In this document: positions 7,812 to 16,251 of the stretch, in pieces
Layout: each line of letters opens with the position of its first letter
How positions within the stretch are numbered: the stretch's first letter is position 1
Source: Patescibacteria group bacterium
GTDB lineage: Bacteria; Patescibacteriota; Microgenomatia; Levybacterales; UBA12049
NCBI GenBank assembly: GCA_023485865.1
Contig: JAMCZC010000037.1
Span: 1-57,015, forward strand
Length of the DNA stretch: 57,015 nt
Direction of reading: 5' to 3'
Notes under the pieces: model-generated
What the model was told of the DNA's origin: nothing
The model's database searches: none
The model's input: only the letters and a program-made list of their open reading frames with translations
Position numbers and translations under genes: made by a program

Positions 7812-8264
7812 GTTCTTTGGAAGATAGTAAGCCAGATTCTGTTTTAAGTTGCAATCTATCTCAAATTGTGATGATTGGTCACATAGGTCCGATGTTACTT
7901 CGGACTGCCCTCAAACTTTGATGCTCCCGTAAAGCAGGTAATAACGCATCGTTCGGAGGTTGCAGCAGGTAGGATTGCCTTTACCCCGTACCGAATGGTA
8001 CTGGGGCGTTTCACCCATCAGTCATGATCTTTCGATTTTAGGCCAATGATCGTCTCTGTGGCTCTCCCTTTGAGTTAATTCTCTCAAGGTGCCCCGATAG
8101 TTTCCTATCGGGACCACTAGCGCTTACGCGTCGGAGCTTGCGCTCCATCCCCGGCTTTATCCCGTTAGAAAAATTTTCTAAACGGGACTTTACACCTGTC
8201 TGGACTTTCCTGTCCGATGTCGTCTTGCGACTCTTCGGACTAGCAACTCATCTTCCAAAGAACA
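7812..8264 (-). ncRNA. rnpB: RNase P RNA (bacterial type A-like)
   Basis: The minus-strand RNA contains AGGAAAGUCCAGAC (universal GGAAAGUCC, CR-I), ACAGAGA, and 3' ACAGAAUCUGGCUUA (compare ACAGAACCCGGCUUA). A 14-bp P1 helix pairs GUUCUUUGGAAGAU with AUCUUCCAAAGAAC. It is a GC-rich island in AT-rich DNA. A TAAAAT -10 (8271-8276) lies just upstream and a U-run follows P1. Confidence 0.85.
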
Positions 8265-8364
8265 CCGGTATTTTACCCCAAAAACAGGGAGAAATCAAAT
8301 TTTTGAGGCTAATTTATGTTTGGCAGAGTATGTTATACCTATTGCTTCGCAAAGGCATCTCATA

Positions 8365-11271
8365 TTATGCGCTGCATAATATTTTATATTCACAATTTTG
8401 ACACAAGACATTCCCGCTGCATTTAAAATCACTATTTTCGATTTCTGCAATTTTTGCTATCAAGTCATCTTCCAATTTTTCCAGCTCTTCTTTTTTAAAT
8501 GTCATAGTTTTCTTGCTATTTTTCTCCAGAAAATGAAGAGTTAATGTTATATTTTCCGGGCTACGGTTCAAAATGTCATCTTTTACGCGGGTGGCCGCAA
8601 GCGCATAAATTTCTAATTGAAGCTTGTGTGCCTTATCTGCTTTTGGACTATCTGCGCCGGTTTTGTAATCAATGATTTCAATACCTGTTCCTTTTTTATC
8701 AACACGGTCAATTTTTCCGGATATCCTTACGCCGTTTTTTAAAATAAATGAAAAAGGTAGCTCAATTCCCAAAGGTTTTACCGGAGGGTTACACTCTTTT
8801 CTATAAAATTTTTCTAAGATTTTATTTGCCTGAAAAAAACGTTCTTGCTCGTGCTTTTTATTATCATATCCGTCGTTTATCCATTCTTTTTCAAGTATTG
8901 TTCTTAGTTCTTTTAGGGATGGAACGCTGCCTTCCTGGACTTTTTTGTAAAATTTATAAAGCGTATTGTGCAAAGAAATTCCAAAGCTTTGAACAGCCGC
9001 AATGGGAGTCGGAATATTAAAAATAACTTTGGCTTTGTAGTGTAAAGGACAAATGTCAAACATCTGAAGATTCGAATAAGTTAGATATGTAATTTTAAGC
9101 GGTTGTCTTTCTTCTTCTTTTTCGTTAGTCTCTTCATATGCCGAAAGAACCTCGGTAAGAGATAATTGCTGAGTATCTTTTAATACCTCTTCCTGCTCCT
9201 GCAATTTTGGCAACGTCTCGTAAATAAACGGAGAAAGTTTTTTTGTGCGTTTTGCTGTTCCGTAAAAGTCGGAAGCAGTAAAATACAAAAGCTCTTTTGC
9301 CCTAGTCATCCCGACATAGAAAAGTCTTCGTTCTTCCTCCAAGTGAAAATCCACATTTTTTGGCAATTTTTCTTTAATAATACCCGCCGGTAAAGGAATT
9401 TTTTCCGTTCTTTCCCGTGTTGGGAAACGGTCGGAAACAAGATTAACTAAAAATACGACTTTAAACTCGAGTCCCTTGCTGGAATGTACGGTTAAAATGT
9501 TAACAGCGTTTCTGTCTCTTACGTCAACGTCTGCCGCGGTCGGGCTGTCTCCCAGTTGTAGCATTAACGTTAGCCATTCGACTAAAGTGAATATATTACT
9601 GTTTTCGCGTTCTGTTTCAAAATTTTTTATTCTGTCGAAAAACTTTGCGATATTTTGCACCCGGCGTTCTTCCTTAACAGAATTAGATTTCTCAAGTGTT
9701 TTATAAAGTCCCGAATCGACCAAAAAATAATAAAGAATTTGCCCTGCCTGTTCTTTTTTACTTTTTTCAAGGTGTCTTTCTGCCATTTTTTTAAAGTTTT
9801 GCAATTTTTCCTGAGTCTCGTGTTTTAGGAAACTTTGATTAACGTTATTTAGTGCTTCAAAAAGCGTAAGGTTTTTCTTTTTCGCAAAATTTAGAAGGTA
9901 ATTTAATTCAATATAGGAAATATTTAAAATATCCATAGAAAGTACTCTAAAAAGAGAAGCAGAATCCGAAAGATTAGTTAAAAACGTAAGATAGGCGATT
10001 AAATCTTTTATCTCCTCCTGCTGAAAAAGGTATCCCGGTCCTAAAAATTGATAAGGAATTCTATGTCTTTGCAACGCTCCCGTAATCATTTGCGAATGGA
10101 TATTTGCACGAACTAAAACAGCCATATCTTTGTACTCATAAGTTTCTTCCAAACTTTTTATAGTTTTTGCAATTACGTCAGCTTCATCCTCCGATCTTTG
10201 TTCATGAATAAAAATAATTTCTTTTTCTTTTGTGCCGGAATGGCTCTTAAGTTTTTTGTCTATTTTTTCAACAACCTCAAGTCTATTTGGATTATTGTAC
10301 TGAATAAGGCGGTACGAAGCGTCCAGGATTGTTTGGGTTGATCTATAGTTATCAACGAGAGTAATTATTTTTGCTTTTGGAAAAGTTTTCTTGAATTGTA
10401 AAACATTGGAAACCGCAGCCCCCCTAAATCTGTAAATGGATTGATCATCGTCGGCAACTACCGTAATATTTTTGTCCGTTCCGGCAAGTAAGATTGCCAA
10501 TTCATTTTGCGCGTAGTTGGTGTCTTGAAATTCATCAACCAGCAAAAATTTAAACTGGCTTTGGTATCTTTTCAGAATGTTCGGTCTTGTCCTAAACAAC
10601 GAAAGAGTATTAGAAATGAGATCTGAAAAATCCATTACGGACTCTTTGCTTTTCAAATTTTCGTAAGCCCTGTACGCGTTTGCTAGTTCTTTATACTCTT
10701 CCGTTTCTAACTTTTGACTTTTGCCCGCCCCGCTTCGCTTGTCGAGGCTGGGGACTTTTGACTTTTGAACTTGAGCCCAATGAAGATACTCATTGGGCGA
10801 TATGTCTTCATCTTTTAATCTTGAAAAATGAGTTAGCAGTGCATCCAGGAATTTGGTCGGATTTCCAAGCGGTTTAAAAAGTTTAAGTCCCAAATTAAAC
10901 ATGTTTTGGCGCACAAGGAGGACCGATTCGGCTTCGGAAATTAATTTATAATTCGGGTCAAGGCCTATGGCATACGCATCATCACGTAAAACCCTATCGC
11001 AAAACGAATGGAATGTCTGAATCCATAAATTTGTATAACCGTAAGGAAGCAGAATGTCGACCCGCTCCTGCATTTGGAAAGCTGCTTTCTCGGTAAAAGT
11101 CAAAGCAAGTATCTCCGAAGGATTAGCGTTTTTCTCCAAGATCAGATATTTTATTCTTTCGGTTATTACCGTTGTTTTTCCGGTTCCTGCTCCGGCAATA
11201 ATTAGCAGAGGGCCATTGCCATGTTTTATTGCTTCCTGTTGATGTTTATCAAGTTTTATACCTTGCTTCAT
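8365..11271 (-). CDS. UvrD/PcrA-family helicase fused to a C-terminal PD-(D/E)XK, Cas4/AddB-like Fe-S nuclease domain
   Basis: 968 aa with Walker A IIAGAGTGKTTV and motif II LLVDEFQDTN. The C-terminal domain has the Cys pattern CPLHYK ... CSGNVLCQNCEYKILC. Confidence 0.85.
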   Translation of the reverse strand: MKQGIKLDKHQQEAIKHGNGPLLIIAGAGTGKTTVITERIKYLILEKNANPSEILALTFTEKAAFQMQERVDILLPYGYTNLWIQTFHSFCDRVLRDDAYAIGLDPNYKLISEAESVLLVRQNMFNLGLKLFKPLGNPTKFLDALLTHFSRLKDEDISPNEYLHWAQVQKSKVPSLDKRSGAGKSQKLETEEYKELANAYRAYENLKSKESVMDFSDLISNTLSLFRTRPNILKRYQSQFKFLLVDEFQDTNYAQNELAILLAGTDKNITVVADDDQSIYRFRGAAVSNVLQFKKTFPKAKIITLVDNYRSTQTILDASYRLIQYNNPNRLEVVEKIDKKLKSHSGTKEKEIIFIHEQRSEDEADVIAKTIKSLEETYEYKDMAVLVRANIHSQMITGALQRHRIPYQFLGPGYLFQQEEIKDLIAYLTFLTNLSDSASLFRVLSMDILNISYIELNYLLNFAKKKNLTLFEALNNVNQSFLKHETQEKLQNFKKMAERHLEKSKKEQAGQILYYFLVDSGLYKTLEKSNSVKEERRVQNIAKFFDRIKNFETERENSNIFTLVEWLTLMLQLGDSPTAADVDVRDRNAVNILTVHSSKGLEFKVVFLVNLVSDRFPTRERTEKIPLPAGIIKEKLPKNVDFHLEEERRLFYVGMTRAKELLYFTASDFYGTAKRTKKLSPFIYETLPKLQEQEEVLKDTQQLSLTEVLSAYEETNEKEEERQPLKITYLTYSNLQMFDICPLHYKAKVIFNIPTPIAAVQSFGISLHNTLYKFYKKVQEGSVPSLKELRTILEKEWINDGYDNKKHEQERFFQANKILEKFYRKECNPPVKPLGIELPFSFILKNGVRISGKIDRVDKKGTGIEIIDYKTGADSPKADKAHKLQLEIYALAATRVKDDILNRSPENITLTLHFLEKNSKKTMTFKKEELEKLEDDLIAKIAEIENSDFKCSGNVLCQNCEYKILCSA
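10709..10766. repeat. composite insertion-like element inside the helicase CDS: 14-nt direct repeats (ACTTTTGACTTTTG) flanking a 30-nt 77% GC core
   Basis: Exact direct repeats lie at 10709-10722 and 10753-10766. The core CCCGCCCCGCTTCGCTTGTCGAGGCTGGGG spans 10723-10752. The element encodes ...QKSKVPSLDKRSGAGKSQKLE... Confidence 0.8.
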
Positions 11272-11277
11272 GCAGGT

Positions 11278-11286
11278 ATTGTACCA
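11278..11286 (-). promoter_or_regulatory. extended -10 promoter (TGgTACAAT) 6 nt upstream of the helicase ATG; leaderless-type
   Basis: The minus strand reads TGgTACAAT, then acctgc, then the ATG at 11271. Confidence 0.5.
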
Positions 11287-11335
11287 CAGAACATTTTACC
11301 TAAAGTTAATCATTGCGCAGATAATTAACAATAAG

Positions 11336-11743
11336 CTATTCAACCGTAACAATTCCTGTCTGACTTGCGTTTAAGTGATTGTGATAGGTATATTTACCTG
11401 CTTTTTCAAAAACTACAGAAACGCTAGCTCCATCAGCAAATTGACCAAGGTTTAAAAAGGGCCATAAAAGATGAGTTGGGTGAACATCGGAATTTACGGT
11501 AACAGGGGACCCGCTTTTGTTTGTCCATACAACTCTTTGCCCTGTTTTTATGGTAATTGTTTGCGGTTCAAAACCTTTATTTGTAGCGGTTACCGCTTTT
11601 CCTTCAACCGGTTTCGTTTGTGTCGCAGGTTGTTTTTGAGCAGTTTGATTAATTTGATTATTTTTTGTTTTATTGCCAAGAAGATAGAATTCTCCCAACA
11701 ATATAACGATCGCAGCTATTATTAAAAGAAATTTATTATTCAT
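11336..11743 (-). CDS. membrane-anchored cupredoxin-like domain protein
   Basis: 135 aa with an N-terminal TM helix, then ITIKTGQRVVWTNKSGSPVTVNSD...GKYTYHNH, a cupredoxin/EfeO-like pattern. The SD is GGGAGGTGA. Confidence 0.55.
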   Translation of the reverse strand: MNNKFLLIIAAIVILLGEFYLLGNKTKNNQINQTAQKQPATQTKPVEGKAVTATNKGFEPQTITIKTGQRVVWTNKSGSPVTVNSDVHPTHLLWPFLNLGQFADGASVSVVFEKAGKYTYHNHLNASQTGIVTVE

Positions 11744-11805
11744 TTTTCACCTCCCCTCGTAAGTAGTAAAAATACGTTACCATTTTTTAAAATATAATGC
11801 AATTA

Positions 11806-12789
11806 TTATTCAATCTCTTTTGTTTTTTCTTCAAGAGACTTTGTCGAATTTAATTTTTGTCCAATTTGAGAAAATCCCGTTGTCACATTTCCAAATTGTG
11901 AGTAAGCGTTATTAAGATGTTTTCCCAAAACTCCTAAATTTTCATCGACCTTATCGTAATCGATTCGCAAAGCTCTAATAATCCCGAATAATTCCTTAGA
12001 TTTTGTTTCCAGTTTTTTCCCCTCAAAAGAAAGAAGAATTGTTTGCAATACTGCGTAAAACGTTGAAGGAGAAACAATATATACCCTCGACCTTCTTGCG
12101 TAATCCATAAGCTCCGTTTCATTTACTACCTCATAATAAACCGATTCGCTTGGAACATACATTAGGGCAAAGTCCATTGTTCCTTCTTCCGGTAAGATGT
12201 ATTTTTTCGAAATTGCATCAATATGTCTCTTAACGTCTCTTAAAAAGTCTTTTTTAAAATTCTCTTTTTCTTTGCCTTCTGATCTTGACATTTTTTGGAA
12301 ATTTTCCATTGGAAATTTTGAATCAATCGGTAAAATTCCGGCTTCCGTTTTTATTGCCGCATCGACTTTTTCTCCGGATTTAAATTCGTATTGTAAATTA
12401 AAACTGTTTTTTGGAAACATCTGGGAGATTAAATCTTTTAGAACCTGTTCTCCGATATTCCCGCGGAGCTTAGGGCTTTTCAAGAACTCCTGTAATTCCT
12501 TCATGTTTCTGCCTATTTCGCTCATCTGCCCAATTTCCCTGTTAACTCCTTGTATGACCATTGCCGTATTATCCAACCTTTCATTTAGTTGTTTGGAGTT
12601 TTCCTGCAATGTTTTAACCATATTGTTTGAAGAGTTACTTATTGCCGATTGCATGGTTTTTAACCATTCTAAAAGAGCCTCGTCTGTTTTTGGTTTGCTA
12701 ATTTCCGAGAGCTTCTTATTGATAAAAAAGAGGATAAAAACAAATCCAAAGATAATAAGTAAGATAACGACTAAGGATTCAGTTTGCAT
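11806..12789 (-). CDS. rmuC: DNA recombination protein RmuC
   Basis: 327 aa with an N-terminal TM helix and a coiled coil. GEQVLKDLISQMFP...GEKVDAAIK...ILPIDSKFPMENF is typical of RmuC. Confidence 0.85.
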   Translation of the reverse strand: MQTESLVVILLIIFGFVFILFFINKKLSEISKPKTDEALLEWLKTMQSAISNSSNNMVKTLQENSKQLNERLDNTAMVIQGVNREIGQMSEIGRNMKELQEFLKSPKLRGNIGEQVLKDLISQMFPKNSFNLQYEFKSGEKVDAAIKTEAGILPIDSKFPMENFQKMSRSEGKEKENFKKDFLRDVKRHIDAISKKYILPEEGTMDFALMYVPSESVYYEVVNETELMDYARRSRVYIVSPSTFYAVLQTILLSFEGKKLETKSKELFGIIRALRIDYDKVDENLGVLGKHLNNAYSQFGNVTTGFSQIGQKLNSTKSLEEKTKEIE

Positions 12790-12795
12790 ATTTAT

Positions 12796-12804
12796 ATTTT
12801 ACCA
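12796..12804 (-). promoter_or_regulatory. extended -10 promoter (TGgTAAAAT) 6 nt upstream of the rmuC ATG; leaderless-type
   Basis: The minus strand reads TGgTAAAAT, then ataaat, then the ATG at 12789. The element sits immediately after the tsaD stop. Confidence 0.5.
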
Positions 12805-12805
12805 C

Positions 12806-13855
12806 TTAATCAAAGTATAATTCCGGATCTGCGGTTATTTTTTGCCATTGTACCTCTTTGAAATAAAAAACTCCCGCAGCGGCAATCATCGCGCCGTTAT
12901 CGGTGCAAAGAAATTTTTGCGGAATAAAAATTTCAGTATTTGGTATTTGGTATTTGGTATTAAATATTAATTCCTCTTTTAGTTTTTGGTTGGCGGCAAC
13001 ACCGCCGCCCAAAAGAATAGATTTAACCTTGTATTTTTTTGCGGCTTTTAAAGTTTTATAAATTAGAATATCAATTATCGTTTTCTGAAGACACGCGGAA
13101 ATATCCTGAATATCTTTTTGAGTTAGTTTTCCATTATTATTTTCTCTAAGTTTTAAAATTTCCCTAAAAACCGCGGTTTTAAGACCGGAAAAAGAAAAAT
13201 CAAAATCATTAGAATCTATCAAGGGTTTTGGGAAATTAAAGCGTTTAGGATTTCCTAAAGTTGCCGCTCTTTCAATTGCCGGGCCTCCAGGATAAGGCAA
13301 ACCTAAAAGTCTTCCTATTTTGTCAAAAGCTTCGCCTGCGGCATCATCTCTTGTTCCGCCGAGCCATTTTGTCTTGCCGTGCCGCTTCATCAATACTAAG
13401 TCGGTATGTCCTCCGGAGACTATTAAGGCAATGGCAGGGAACTTGATTTCGGATTTCGGATTTCGGATTTCGGATTTTTCGCTAATAAAATTGGCATAAA
13501 TATGTCCAAAAAGATGATTAACGGGAATAATGGGCTTATTAAAAACATAAGCTAAAGTTTTAGCTGTTTCTACACCAACCAAAAGAGAACCGATTAGTCC
13601 GGGTCCTACTGTTACGGCAATTGCGTCGACAGTTTTTATGTCGGTGTCTTTTAATGCTTTCTCAATAACGGGAATAATAAATTTTACCTGTTCTCTTGCG
13701 GCAATTTCCGGAATTATCCCGCCGGTTTGTGAATGTAGGACAAGCGAGGATGAAATGGCATTTGATAAAAGCGTTACTTTATTGTCACTTTTTCCTCCTT
13801 CAATAATTGCCGCCGCAGTTTCATCGCAGCTTGTTTCTATGCCCAAAATTTTCAT
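12806..13855 (-). CDS. tsaD: tRNA N6-adenosine threonylcarbamoyltransferase TsaD (Kae1/Gcp family)
   Basis: 349 aa with GIETSCDETAAAI, NHLFGHIY (metal-binding His pair) and VSGGHTDL. Confidence 0.93.
   Translation of the reverse strand: MKILGIETSCDETAAAIIEGGKSDNKVTLLSNAISSSLVLHSQTGGIIPEIAAREQVKFIIPVIEKALKDTDIKTVDAIAVTVGPGLIGSLLVGVETAKTLAYVFNKPIIPVNHLFGHIYANFISEKSEIRNPKSEIKFPAIALIVSGGHTDLVLMKRHGKTKWLGGTRDDAAGEAFDKIGRLLGLPYPGGPAIERAATLGNPKRFNFPKPLIDSNDFDFSFSGLKTAVFREILKLRENNNGKLTQKDIQDISACLQKTIIDILIYKTLKAAKKYKVKSILLGGGVAANQKLKEELIFNTKYQIPNTEIFIPQKFLCTDNGAMIAAAGVFYFKEVQWQKITADPELYFD
12936..12961. repeat. heptanucleotide tandem repeat (GTATTTG x3.7) inside tsaD
   Basis: Read directly from the sequence. 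It encodes NTKYQIPNTE on the minus strand. Confidence 0.85.
13445..13481. repeat. heptanucleotide tandem repeat (GATTTCG x4 plus a variant unit) inside tsaD
   Basis: Read directly from the sequence. It encodes SEKSEIRNPKSEIKFP, a loop just before the conserved VSGGHT motif. Confidence 0.85.
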
Positions 13856-13856
13856 A

Positions 13857-14303
13857 TTAATAGTTAATTATGACAGTATCGTTTTTCTGAAATTTATATT
13901 CTTTAGAAAGTCCTGCATTTATTTCCAAAACGGTATCCGAGGGCTCATCGGGTTTATAAATCGGCAAGGAGGAATTGGGAGATGTTGGAGGAGGAACATC
14001 GCTAAATATTTTAACTATTTTCCCGTTTTTTATAAAAATAATATCTATTGGGAACTTCATATTTTTCATCCAGAAAGAATAAAATCCGGATTTGCCGAAA
14101 GGAAAAATCATACTAAAGTCTTTCGGAATGCTATTGTATTTTGCAAGCCCTACTTCTTTTTCCTTGTCCGTTTTGGCAATCTCCAAGTTAAAAATATGAT
14201 TATTAATTATCGCTTGAGGTGTTTTTTTAATTTGGTGTTTATAATTTAAAAATACAAAAAGGGCAGAAAGCGCTAATAGTGCAAAAATGAACAATCTTTT
14301 CAT
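13857..14303 (-). CDS. DUF192 domain protein (secreted or membrane-anchored)
   Basis: 148 aa with an N-terminal signal/TM segment. MKFPIDIIFIKNGKIVKI...VLEINAG is the typical DUF192 (COG1430) pattern. Confidence 0.65.
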   Translation of the reverse strand: MKRLFIFALLALSALFVFLNYKHQIKKTPQAIINNHIFNLEIAKTDKEKEVGLAKYNSIPKDFSMIFPFGKSGFYSFWMKNMKFPIDIIFIKNGKIVKIFSDVPPPTSPNSSLPIYKPDEPSDTVLEINAGLSKEYKFQKNDTVIINY

Positions 14304-14791
14304 AGCTTGTTTTCTTTTGCTATTATATCAGCGAGTTTGGTCGTTGATTTGTCTAGAATTCTGTTTATAACAGATGCTACCTCCGCGTTAATCAGTTTTG
14401 CCTGTCTTTTATTATGGATTTCTTGCGGGCTTTTTTTTGTTGTTGCGATAACGTCCGGTTTTAGGTTAATGACTAAATTGTCGTAGTCGGAGTTTCCTTT
14501 CATTTCTTTTAAAAGTACAACGTAATCGATAGGTTTTAATGCGGAAAGAAGCAATGCTCTGTTTGCTTGGGAATTTATCGGCCTGTTTTCTCCTTTGTAT
14601 TTTTTAACATTTTCATCGTTTTCTAAAAGGACAAACAATACGTCGCCTCTTTTTTTAGCTGCTTCTAAAAATTTGATATGACCAATATGAAGAATGTCAA
14701 AAACGCCTCCCGCTAAAACAACTCTTTTGCCCATCCGTTTTAATTTCTTACTTATTTTTATTGCTTTTTCTGTAGTAATAATTCTATTCAT
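14300..14791 (-). CDS. cytidylyl/adenylyltransferase family protein (RfaE domain II / TagD-like)
   Basis: 163 aa with GGVFDILHIGHIKFL (HxGH nucleotidyltransferase motif) and KGENRPINSQANRA. Confidence 0.75.
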   Translation of the reverse strand: MNRIITTEKAIKISKKLKRMGKRVVLAGGVFDILHIGHIKFLEAAKKRGDVLFVLLENDENVKKYKGENRPINSQANRALLLSALKPIDYVVLLKEMKGNSDYDNLVINLKPDVIATTKKSPQEIHNKRQAKLINAEVASVINRILDKSTTKLADIIAKENKL

Positions 14792-16206
14792 TCCTTGGTT
14801 CCCCTTAAATAAATAGCTTGCCAGGGTCTGTAATTGGAAACAAATTTGTCATAAATTATTTGTTTTCCATTTTTCGTAACTGTTCTTGTAAAGTAAACAT
14901 CTGCTCCGGCGGCGGCAAAATCTGTCTGTTTAATTTGTCCTTTTGGAAGTGTCGGGTCATCTTGGTAAAGGTCCGGTGGGGCAGGCGTAATGTTAGACAC
15001 CACAGGTTTTGTCATGCTAACTTGCCGCCCGTCTTTTGTTCCATACAGATAAAATGCCAAAGATAAATTGTCAAGATCAACCTGACTTTGGATTAAAATA
15101 TAATTTCCGGTATCGTTTTTAAATTTTAAATCAACGCTTGGGACAAAAATGGTCGCATCAAGTCCCGGGGGTGAATCTTCTTCGTAATATCCCACCCTAT
15201 ATGCGTGAGCGTTTCTTTCCACAATAGGAAGCCCTGCGTTAAGTAAGGCCCTAAAAAAAGTCGTTGAGACCTGACATATTCCTCCTCCATCTCCTAAAAC
15301 TGTTTTTCCATTTTGAATAACATAGGCTTGCTGGTAACCTGTGAAAGCAGAAACATCGCCCAAGGCCTTATCAAAAGAAAAAACTTCTCCCGGAGCAACT
15401 AATACGCCGTTGAGGCGAGAAGCTCCTAATGCAACATTGTGGATTCTGCTTGGGATTGAGTGGAAAAAAAGAGAATGACCTTCTCCTATTAACTCTTTTA
15501 TCCCAAGGTCGTTTGCTTTATCTATTGTTATTTTGGGTTCAATCACTTTAATTTGCAAAGGAATAATAAAAACCATTCCTTTCTGCGAAGAAACAACAGC
15601 CAGAGCCTTTGAAAGCAGCTGATTGCCTAGCGCCTCTTTATCAATTTCATGTCCGTTAACAGACGGTCTAAAGGCAGTTACTCTGTTATTTGCAAATGTA
15701 AATAATGCATCAACGGGCTTATCTTCTATTTTTTCCGAAAGTGCGGAAAGAGCGGTTGCAAGTTTGTCCTGCGAATATGAGTAAGATGGCGTAAGGTTTA
15801 TACCGTTAACATATGCCTGAACAATAAGGCTAATATTCGAGATTAAATTATTTGTCTTCCCAAGGTTAAAGGCTTGGTTGGCAAGAAGACTTGAATTATA
15901 GCCAAAGTCAATTTGCTCTGCAGATGCGGTTGCCAAGCCCTTATCGCTTGTAAATACAAAATTAATATCTTTAATTTGATAATTCTTATTTTTAAAATAA
16001 TTATATACTTGAATTTCTGTTTTTCCTCCGAAATTTACTCCATTTATCATAACTCCCGGGTAAACAACATTTTTGTAAACGTTTTTGAATATAAGAAAAC
16101 TAAAGCTTGTTATGAAAAAAAGAGCCAGCAAAGCTCCCGTAGAAAACCAAAAAATTACCCGGCCAAGATGCAGAAAATGTTTAGGTTTAATACGGGGAAT
16201 TTTCAT
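14788..16206 (-). CDS. VanW-family protein, membrane-anchored
   Basis: 472 aa with an N-terminal TM helix and the VanW core GGGICQVSTTFFRALLNAGLPIVERNAH. Confidence 0.8.
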   Translation of the reverse strand: MKIPRIKPKHFLHLGRVIFWFSTGALLALFFITSFSFLIFKNVYKNVVYPGVMINGVNFGGKTEIQVYNYFKNKNYQIKDINFVFTSDKGLATASAEQIDFGYNSSLLANQAFNLGKTNNLISNISLIVQAYVNGINLTPSYSYSQDKLATALSALSEKIEDKPVDALFTFANNRVTAFRPSVNGHEIDKEALGNQLLSKALAVVSSQKGMVFIIPLQIKVIEPKITIDKANDLGIKELIGEGHSLFFHSIPSRIHNVALGASRLNGVLVAPGEVFSFDKALGDVSAFTGYQQAYVIQNGKTVLGDGGGICQVSTTFFRALLNAGLPIVERNAHAYRVGYYEEDSPPGLDATIFVPSVDLKFKNDTGNYILIQSQVDLDNLSLAFYLYGTKDGRQVSMTKPVVSNITPAPPDLYQDDPTLPKGQIKQTDFAAAGADVYFTRTVTKNGKQIIYDKFVSNYRPWQAIYLRGTKE

Positions 16207-16251
16207 TTGATATGATGTATATTAGGTATTATACTATAAAATAAGGTAGTT

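Noticed and set aside
8138-8401. An 87-aa plus-strand ORF from the six-frame track.
   Set aside because: It lies almost entirely inside the RNase P RNA gene and runs into the helicase 3' end. Its openness is explained by the GC-rich structured RNA, and it has no SD or promoter.
12197-12820. A 207-aa plus-strand ORF.
   Set aside because: It is fully antisense to the well-supported rmuC gene. The translation is low-complexity (Phe/Ser/Leu/Ile-rich), typical of the shadow frame of an AT-rich gene.
13638-14249. A 203-aa plus-strand ORF.
   Set aside because: It is antisense to tsaD and the DUF192 gene. It is a shadow ORF with no recognisable motif and no start signals.
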